Part shown: piece after piece, positions 57,639 through 64,000 of the stretch
Layout of the letters: each line of letters starts with the position of its first letter
Position numbering within the stretch: position 1 is the first letter of the stretch
Assembly (NCBI GenBank): GCA_963783385.1
Contig: CAWANJ010000002.1
Span: 192,001 to 256,000 of the forward strand
Direction: 5' to 3'
Length of the DNA: 64,000 nucleotides
DNA from: an uncultured Gemmatimonadales bacterium
GTDB taxonomy: Bacteria; Gemmatimonadota; Gemmatimonadetes; Palauibacterales; Palauibacteraceae
Notes under the pieces: generated by a model
What the model was told of the DNA's origin: nothing
What the model saw: the letters and a program-made list of their open reading frames with translations, nothing else
The model's database searches: none
Made by a program: the position numbers and the translations under genes

Positions 57639-58631
57639 ATGACGAAGTCCGTCCACAGCATGGGGCCGTCCCTTCGTTGGATCCGCGTGGTCACGCTCGT
57701 TCTCGGGGTCTCGGCCGGCCGGCTGGCGCTGGCGGTCGCGGCCGCGTCGCCCCAGGACGCTGTACCGGCCGTCCACGCGTCGCCGGGCCTGGAAAAGGTG
57801 GCCGCCGCCCTGGCACGCGACTCCGCCGTCCTCGCCCCGATGCCGGGGATCGGACCGCCGCTGGCGGTCCTGCCCGAGCCTCCAACGCTGTGGGTGGTGC
57901 GGGACCTGGGCAGGGTGCCGGGCGCTCCGGGCGTGGAGCCCGACTGGGTGGCGGGGCTGGCCCTCCCGGGCCGGAACATCCTGGCCGTACGGGCGGCCGG
58001 GCCGGGTGCGGGGCGGCTCTCATCGCTGCGCAGCACGACCCGCCACGAGCTGGCGCACCTGGCCCTGGACCGGGTGACCCGGGGACGCGCGCCGCGCTGG
58101 CTCCAGGAAGGTTACGCCCAGCTCGCGGCGGGCGACTGGGACTGGGGGGAGGCGTGGCGCCTGCGGATGGCGATCCTGCGCCAGGGGACCGACGCGCTCT
58201 CGGACCTGGACGTGCACCTGCGGGGCCGGGAGGACGAGGCGCGGCTGGCGTACCTCCTCTCCTACACGGCCGTGCATCGCCTCGTGGAGATGGGTCGGGC
58301 GCCCGCCCTCCACGCGTTGTTCGCGCGGCTCGGAGCGGGCGACTCGATGGACGAGGCCCTGCGCTCGGTCTACGGCGTGACCGAGGAGCAGTTCGTGCGG
58401 CGCTGGGAGGCGGGAGTCCGCGACCGGTACGGCTGGCTGTTCTTGTTGTCCCGGGCCTCGCTGTTCTGGATCGCCATCGCGCTGCTCCTGCTCCTGGTGG
58501 GCTGGCGCCGACGCCGCTACGATCGCCGGCGCATGGAGCGGCTCCGCAGGGAGGAAGCCGCGTGGGACGAGGCGGAGCGCCGGGCCCGGCTCGATGCGGA
58601 GCCTCCGCGCGCGGGGTCGGGACCGCGTTGA
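57639..58631 (+). CDS. Putative membrane-anchored zinc metallopeptidase (peptidase MA-like)
   Basis: Signal-like N-terminus, HELAH plus PRWLQEG, C-terminal TM segment and Arg-rich tail. Confidence 0.7.
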   Translation: MTKSVHSMGPSLRWIRVVTLVLGVSAGRLALAVAAASPQDAVPAVHASPGLEKVAAALARDSAVLAPMPGIGPPLAVLPEPPTLWVVRDLGRVPGAPGVEPDWVAGLALPGRNILAVRAAGPGAGRLSSLRSTTRHELAHLALDRVTRGRAPRWLQEGYAQLAAGDWDWGEAWRLRMAILRQGTDALSDLDVHLRGREDEARLAYLLSYTAVHRLVEMGRAPALHALFARLGAGDSMDEALRSVYGVTEEQFVRRWEAGVRDRYGWLFLLSRASLFWIAIALLLLLVGWRRRRYDRRRMERLRREEAAWDEAERRARLDAEPPRAGSGPR

Positions 58632-58665
58632 CGGGGAGGGGCTCGTCGGCCAAGTTGGAGCGATC

Positions 58666-58914
58666 ATGACCAAGGACGAGAGCAAGGTCGAGAGCGGCGG
58701 GAGTATGCGAGCCGGCGGTCGCGGGCCCGCCGGCATGGGGCTCGTGAACGCCCTCCTCCTGGGAGGTGCGGCCGTGGTCATCGTCGTCGGCTACGTCCTC
58801 CTGGACCATGGCTCGATCACCGCCGCCCCCATCCTGCTCGCGCTCGGTTACGCCGTCCTCATCCCCGCCGGCCTCCTGGTCGGCTACCGGCGCGCTGGAG
58901 GCGACGACTCCTAG
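58666..58914 (+). CDS. Small two-TM membrane protein
   Basis: IVVGYVLL..GSITAAPILLALGY.VLIP pattern; GGAG before ATG. Confidence 0.65.
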   Translation: MTKDESKVESGGSMRAGGRGPAGMGLVNALLLGGAAVVIVVGYVLLDHGSITAAPILLALGYAVLIPAGLLVGYRRAGGDDS

Positions 58915-58995
58915 CCGGAAAGGAGCCGAACCCGTCGGCTCCCCGAACCGGAGGGACACGCGTCACGGCTCGACCCCGCCCCGCATGATGCCCCC

Positions 58996-59070
58996 GGGCG
59001 CTTAGCTCAGCCGGTTCAGAGCGCTGCCCTTACAAGGCAGAGGTCGGAGGTTCGAATCCTCCAGCGCCCA
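58996..59070 (+). tRNA. tRNA-Val (TAC)
   Basis: Acceptor stem GGGCGCT/AGCGCCC, D arm TAGCTCAG, anticodon arm CTGCC-CTTACAA-GGCAG, T loop GGTTCGAATCC; CCA not encoded. Confidence 0.97.
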
Positions 59071-59329
59071 TGCGCCCCGGGCGGGGAGCGGTGACATAGG
59101 GGACTCCGGGGTCGTCTCCTGGATGGAAGGGTGGGCGTCCCGGGTTGAGCGGAGGGACGCGCTCGCATACTGTATACCCTTTGCCTGCCGCGGACCGGAT
59201 CGTACGCACGGGTTCGAGCCACCCGGGAGAACGAAACTGGATCCGCTGGGTATGGACGTCTGGATGCCGTCCCGCGCCGGTAGCCGTCGGCGCGACCGTG
59301 TGGACTCGATCGTCGAGAGAGTGAGCACG

Positions 59330-61084
59330 ATGGAACTGAAGGACAATCGCACGTTGGTCGCCCTGCTGGCCGCTTTCGTCGGCCTCGTCGGGGCCCGCGC
59401 CGGACTCGTGGCCCAGGACGGCGGAGGGTCGGGGCGGGCGCGCGTCATCGTCGCGCCCCTGCAGACGTCGGGCGGGGTGGACCAGGGCTTCGGCAAGGAC
59501 GTCGCCAAGAAGGTGCGCAAGCAGCTCGAGAACTTCGACCTGCTCGCCCCGGTCAAGGAAGATGACGTCAACAAGATGCTGGACCGCTTCAAGCTCGATC
59601 CGGAGCAGATGGACCTGGTGTCCTGGCGCCAGCTGGCCACGCGTCTCGATGCCAACCTGATCATCTACGGCACGGCGGTAGGCTCGAGCGGCTCCAAGAG
59701 CATCAAGCTCGCCGTCGAGTTCGTGGACGCCCAGCGGGGCGAGCAGATGAAGGTCCCGGAGTTCACCATCCAGGGCACGAACTCCGACCAGGCGGCGCAG
59801 CAGATCATCACGGCCCTCGACAAGCAGGTCAAGTTCCTGCGCGCTCTGGCCAACTGCAACGACTACCTTTCGGGTAACCAGTACGCCGACGCCGCCCGAA
59901 ACTGCGACGCGGCGCTCGAGATCAACCCGCAGAGCAGCCGGGCCGGCTACCTGCGGGGCCGGGTGGCCATGAAGCAGGAGAAGTGGCAGGAGGCCGAGAA
60001 GTACCTGCAGCCGGTGGTCAAGGCGGAGCCGTCCAACGAGGACGCCCTCCAGTCGCTGGCCTACACGGAGGCGGAGCTCGGGAACCAGCAGCAGGCGCTG
60101 ACGCTCTACCAGCAGTACCTGCAGTTCAATCCCGACAACCAGCAGATCCGGCTGAGCGTGGCCTACAACCTGGCCAGCGCGGGGGCGTACGATCAGGCGG
60201 TGCAGGTGCTGAAGGCGGGACTGCAACGGGATTCGACCAGCGCGCCGCTGTGGAAGTACCTGGGCGACGTGTCCCTCAAGAAGGGAACGACCGCCGACAG
60301 CTCGGAGGTGTCGGCCAGCTCGTCGATCTCCGACACGGCCGCCATCCAGACGGCCATCGACGCGTACCACCACTACGTGAGCCTGCAGCCGGACAGCGCC
60401 ACGGCCAGCATCTTCCGCAACATCGTGGCGGCGGACCTGCAGCTGGACCACCTGCAGGAGGCCGACCAGGAGTCGATGACGGCGATCCACCAGTTCCCGG
60501 GCAAGAACGCCGGGCTGTGGTCGCTGCGGGCGGACGTACTGGCACACCAGAATCGCCTTAAGGATGCGGTGGCCGCGATGGACTCGGCGCTGGCCGTCGA
60601 TCCCAGCTACGCCAACGCCTACTTCAAGCGGGGGCTGTACAAGCTGCGCAGCGGCGACGGCGACGGTGCCATCGCGGACTTCCACAAGGCCGTCGACCAG
60701 AACAATCAGAACCCGAACAACATCGCCAACGCGCTGTTCGGGACGGGATTCCAGGACTACTTCAAGAAGAACCGGTTCGACGACGCGGCGAGCATGTTCG
60801 AAGCGGCGCTGAAGTTCGCCAATGACCCGAATCTGACGAACCAGCTGAACTTCTGGACGGGCTGGTCACTGTTCAAGGCGGCGTCCGGGATCGACGATTC
60901 CAACACGAAGGACGCTTGCGAGCCGGCCAGGAAGGCCCTGGCCCGGTTCCAGAGGGTGCCGGCCTTGATCAAGGGATCCGGCGACTACCAGCAGGCCAAC
61001 CATAAGCAGATCCTGGACGGCGTGGATACCTACGTGTTCCGGCAGAACCAGATCATCAAGAAGGCCTGCAAGGGCGGCGGATGA
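59330..61084 (+). CDS. Exported tetratricopeptide-repeat protein
   Basis: Signal peptide, an N-terminal alpha/beta domain and many TPR-like units (ALEINP, ALAVDPSYANAYFKRG). Confidence 0.85.
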   Translation: MELKDNRTLVALLAAFVGLVGARAGLVAQDGGGSGRARVIVAPLQTSGGVDQGFGKDVAKKVRKQLENFDLLAPVKEDDVNKMLDRFKLDPEQMDLVSWRQLATRLDANLIIYGTAVGSSGSKSIKLAVEFVDAQRGEQMKVPEFTIQGTNSDQAAQQIITALDKQVKFLRALANCNDYLSGNQYADAARNCDAALEINPQSSRAGYLRGRVAMKQEKWQEAEKYLQPVVKAEPSNEDALQSLAYTEAELGNQQQALTLYQQYLQFNPDNQQIRLSVAYNLASAGAYDQAVQVLKAGLQRDSTSAPLWKYLGDVSLKKGTTADSSEVSASSSISDTAAIQTAIDAYHHYVSLQPDSATASIFRNIVAADLQLDHLQEADQESMTAIHQFPGKNAGLWSLRADVLAHQNRLKDAVAAMDSALAVDPSYANAYFKRGLYKLRSGDGDGAIADFHKAVDQNNQNPNNIANALFGTGFQDYFKKNRFDDAASMFEAALKFANDPNLTNQLNFWTGWSLFKAASGIDDSNTKDACEPARKALARFQRVPALIKGSGDYQQANHKQILDGVDTYVFRQNQIIKKACKGGG

Positions 61085-61163
61085 GCGCCTCGTCCTGAGG
61101 GCGCGGCCCCACCAGGGCCGCGCGCCCGGCTCCCACGGGTAGCCGGGTCGACAGATACCGCCG

Positions 61164-61202
61164 ACGACCCGGCCGGGAATCCCTTCCCGGCCGGGTCGTT
61201 TT
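61164..61202 (+). terminator. Intrinsic terminator after the TPR gene
   Basis: Perfect 16-bp stem ACGACCCGGCCGGGAA/TTCCCGGCCGGGTCGT followed by T residues. Confidence 0.8.
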
Positions 61203-61218
61203 GCATCCGGGTCGGGGG

Positions 61219-61248
61219 TTGACGCGAGCCGATGCCTGCCACTAGAAT
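61219..61248 (+). promoter_or_regulatory. Sigma70 promoter of the dcw (mraZ) operon
   Basis: TTGACG-N18-TAGAAT. Confidence 0.7.
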
Positions 61249-61282
61249 GGGGCGGTGTGGGAGAAAGTGGGGTGAAGTGGGG
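61248..61282 (+). promoter_or_regulatory. MraZ operator repeats
   Basis: TGGG at 61248, 61258, 61268 and 61278 (10-bp phasing), matching known TGGGN MraZ boxes. Confidence 0.8.
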
Positions 61283-61314
61283 AATCATTCACATTGCCGT
61301 CGGCAGGGTGAGCG

Positions 61315-61746
61315 TTGGGCGGGTTTCTCGGCAGCTACCGTCATTCGCTGGACGCGAAGGGGCGCGTCAGCCTCCCGGCGCCGTTCCGTCACGGGTCGGA
61401 CTCGGAGTCGTTCGTCCTCATCCGGGCCCACGATAATGCCCTCACGCTGTATCCCGACGACGCCTGGCGCGTGGTCGCGGACCGACTGCGGGAGATGCGG
61501 GAGCGCCGGCCCGACGTCAGGCACCTGCTCCTCCGCCTGACCGGGAACGCGCAGCGGATCGTCCCGGACGGGCAGGGCCGGATCCTGATCCCCGAGCGTC
61601 TCCGCGAGGAGGCGCACCTTGAGGACGAGGTCCTGATCGTCGGAGCGCTGGACAAGATCGAGCTCTGGAACCCGGAGTGGTTCGAGCAGCGGACGGCCGT
61701 CGGACCGGAGGAGTTCGACGAGCTGGCCGCCTCGATCTTCGCCTGA
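61315..61746 (+). CDS. mraZ: Transcriptional regulator MraZ
   Basis: FLGSYRHSLDAKGRVSLP, DGQGRILIP and IELWN motifs. Confidence 0.95.
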   Translation: MGGFLGSYRHSLDAKGRVSLPAPFRHGSDSESFVLIRAHDNALTLYPDDAWRVVADRLREMRERRPDVRHLLLRLTGNAQRIVPDGQGRILIPERLREEAHLEDEVLIVGALDKIELWNPEWFEQRTAVGPEEFDELAASIFA

Positions 61747-61752
61747 GCCCCG

Positions 61753-62727
61753 ATGACGGGGCGCGGCGTGCGGGACGCCGGACCGGCGCCGGCCGGCTTC
61801 GAGCACGAGCCGGTGATGATGGACGAGGTCCTGGCGTCGCTGGAGCCCGAGCGGGGCGGCACGTACCTGGACGGCACCGTGGGGGGCGGCGGCCACGCGG
61901 CGGCTCTCCTGGAGAGGGCTCCTTCGGTGATGCTGTGGGGGGTCGACCGCGATCCCGAGGCGGTCGCGGCGGCGCGGGAACGGCTGGCCCGCTTCGCTGA
62001 GCGGGCCCGCGTGATACGGGCCGATTTCCGCGACCTGCCCGAGGCGCTCGGGGACGAGGCGGACGAGGTACACGATCTGGCGGGGGTGCTGCTCGACCTG
62101 GGCGTCTCCTCCCATCAGATCGACACGACGGCGCGCGGGTTCTCCTTCCGTCCGGCCACACCGTTAGACATGCGGATGGGCGGGACAACGGGCGGAAGGA
62201 GGCCCGCAGCCGACCTTCTCAACGAAGCGACCGAACAGGAGCTGGGCGAGATCTTCCGGACCTACGGCGAAGTGCGACGCTGGAGGCGGCTGGCGCGAGA
62301 CGTGGCGCGCCGGAGGAAGGAGCGTCCGTTCCGCACCAGCGACGACCTGGTCGACGCGAGCCGCAGCGCCCTGGGAACGGGCATCGGTCCCGGCACGCTA
62401 GCCCAGGTCTTCCAGGCCGTCCGCATCGCGGTCAACGAGGAGCTCGAGGCGCTGGAGAGAGCCCTGCCGCGTCTCAGGGACATGCTGGCCTCGGGCGGCC
62501 GTTACGTCGTCATCGCGTACCACTCACTGGAGGATCGACTCGTGAAGCATGCCTTCAAGGAGTGGAGCCGTGAGTGCATCTGCCCACCCGAGCTCCCGGT
62601 GTGCAGGTGTCGCGGAAAGGCCCTCGGGCACGAGATCACCCGACGGCCGTTACGGCCGTCGGAGGATGAGGTGCGACGGAACTCGCGGTCCCGCAGCGCG
62701 CGACTGCGCGCCTGGGAGAAGGCGTGA
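61753..62727 (+). CDS. rsmH: 16S rRNA m4C1402 methyltransferase
   Basis: HEPVM, DGTVGGGGH, DLGVSS, FQAVRIAVN, YHSLEDR and RSARLR motifs. Confidence 0.97.
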   Translation: MTGRGVRDAGPAPAGFEHEPVMMDEVLASLEPERGGTYLDGTVGGGGHAAALLERAPSVMLWGVDRDPEAVAAARERLARFAERARVIRADFRDLPEALGDEADEVHDLAGVLLDLGVSSHQIDTTARGFSFRPATPLDMRMGGTTGGRRPAADLLNEATEQELGEIFRTYGEVRRWRRLARDVARRRKERPFRTSDDLVDASRSALGTGIGPGTLAQVFQAVRIAVNEELEALERALPRLRDMLASGGRYVVIAYHSLEDRLVKHAFKEWSRECICPPELPVCRCRGKALGHEITRRPLRPSEDEVRRNSRSRSARLRAWEKA

Positions 62728-63080
62728 GTCGCCGCAGGCGTCCGGCGCCCCGGCGCCTGGGCTTTCGCGTGGGTCTGGCGGCCGGCCTGGTGGTGCTGGC
62801 CGGCGGCATGTTGCTGTCGGTCGAACGGGGCTCGAGGGCGCGGAAGGTGTCCGACCGACTCTCGGCCCTGGACCGCCAGACCGTCGAAGCCAGGGCCCGT
62901 CTCGGTGACGCCATGCGCCGCTTCGACTCCCTCTCCTCCCGGGAGAGGATCGTCGTGGCGGCTGCGCGACTGGGCCTGCATCCCGCCAGCGACGCGGACA
63001 TCACCTTCCTGCGCGCGGACTCGCTCGCGCCCGACGACGTGGTTCGGAGTTCCTCGACCGCCGGCCGGAGGCGACCGTGA
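62724..63080 (+). CDS. ftsL: Cell division protein FtsL-like
   Basis: Single TM segment plus coiled coil and LSSRERI..AARLGL; lies between rsmH and the PBP gene. Confidence 0.72.
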   Translation: MSRRRRPAPRRLGFRVGLAAGLVVLAGGMLLSVERGSRARKVSDRLSALDRQTVEARARLGDAMRRFDSLSSRERIVVAAARLGLHPASDADITFLRADSLAPDDVVRSSSTAGRRRP

Positions 63081-64000
63081 AGAAGCTGCCACTGGGCCCC
63101 GGCGCCCGGAACGCCCGACGCTCACCCCGCCCCGGCGCTCCCGAGCCCGCCGTTCATCGCCGCCGTACCCGCGCTCTCGCGGTCGTGTGGGTGCTGTTCG
63201 GGCTCGTGTACGTGGCTCGGGCGGCCGACCTGCAGGTGGTGCAGGGGGCGCGCTGGGAGAAGCTGGCGGAGGCCCAGAACGCCGAGAAGGTACAGATCCC
63301 CGCGCAGCGGGGCTCCCTGCTCGACCGCGACGGACGGCCCCTGTCCATCGGGTCGCAGGACTTCCGGGCCTACCTGGCGCCCGCTGAGGCCGGCGACCCG
63401 CGTCACGCCGCCGCGGCGATCGCGCGGGTGCTCGGACTGTCGCGCGCCGACGAGCATCACCTGGCTTCCGCCGACGGTGGCTGGGTCGCGATCCCGAGGA
63501 AGGTGACGACGGCCGAGCGCCAGCGGCTGCAGGCGGCGGTCCACCAGGGGCTCCACTTCGAGCCGCTGGAGACCCGCGTCTATCCCGAGGGCTCCCTGGC
63601 CCGCACCCTCCTCGGCTCCGTGAACGCCGGGGGGCGGGGCCGCTCGGGCCTCGAGCTGGTCCTCGACTCGCTCCTGCAGGGCGCGCCGGGCGCCGCGCTG
63701 ACCCGGCGGGACGCACGGGGACAGACCTACCGCATTCCCGACGGCGAAGTCAGGCAGCCGCAGCCGGGCGATGATGTCGAGCTCACGATCGACGCGGAGC
63801 TGCAGCGCATCGCCGAGGATGCCCTCGACCGGGCCCTCAAGGAGACCGGCGCCTCCGGAGGCGACGTCATCATGGAGGACCCCGCCACCGGGGAGCTCCT
63901 GGCCGTCGCCAGCCGGCGTATGGGCGACCCCCTGAGCGTTCCGGCCTTCACGGATCCGTACGAGCCGGGCTCGACCCTCAAGCCGTTCCTCCTGGCCAGT
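63077..64000 (+). CDS. ftsI: Class B penicillin-binding protein FtsI (3'-truncated by window edge)
   Basis: Absent from the ORF track because it has no stop in the window; read from GTG 63077 it gives a TM segment, RGSLLDRDG, RVYP, GLE, LTID..LQ and YEPGSTLKP (SxxK). Confidence 0.92.
   Translation, partial: MKKLPLGPGARNARRSPRPGAPEPAVHRRRTRALAVVWVLFGLVYVARAADLQVVQGARWEKLAEAQNAEKVQIPAQRGSLLDRDGRPLSIGSQDFRAYLAPAEAGDPRHAAAAIARVLGLSRADEHHLASADGGWVAIPRKVTTAERQRLQAAVHQGLHFEPLETRVYPEGSLARTLLGSVNAGGRGRSGLELVLDSLLQGAPGAALTRRDARGQTYRIPDGEVRQPQPGDDVELTIDAELQRIAEDALDRALKETGASGGDVIMEDPATGELLAVASRRMGDPLSVPAFTDPYEPGSTLKPFLLAS

Noticed and set aside
58996-61084. tRNA-Val as the integration site of an island carrying the TPR gene
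   Set aside because: No integrase and no duplicated tRNA 3' end were seen; the TPR gene has host-like GC-rich codon usage.

Overview
High-GC bacterial chromosome segment made almost entirely of core genes. The gene content and order (rplM-rpsI-rpsB-tsf-pyrH-frr, ftsH-folP-cdaA-exbBDD-tonB, yggS-divIVA-PNP-ileS2-dksA-lspA-rluD, bshB1) suggest Gemmatimonadota or another FCB-group diderm; this is an inference. The window runs from a 5'-truncated dnaX to a 3'-truncated ftsI and holds about 66 CDS and one tRNA-Val(TAC). I saw no mobile element, prophage or CRISPR array. Two genes (a PQQ sugar dehydrogenase and a benzoate-CoA-type ligase) each carry a single extra base, probably assembly indels. 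The best candidate for an undescribed system is a divergent cofactor-chemistry locus at 27.1-33.3 kb. One arm encodes a PTPS-I/III-motif pterin enzyme, PabA/TrpG, MarC, an aryl-CoA ligase and a hydrolase. The other encodes an Fe-S-type LarE, a stand-alone copy of the LarE C-terminal domain and a 2H phosphoesterase. A candidate structured RNA lies between the arms. Other notable items are an IleRS2 with the swapped GxHH signature, an AT-rich dyad/promoter-like patch inside ileS, and a sigma70 factor lacking most of domain 3. All calls come from reading motifs by eye; no database searches were run.
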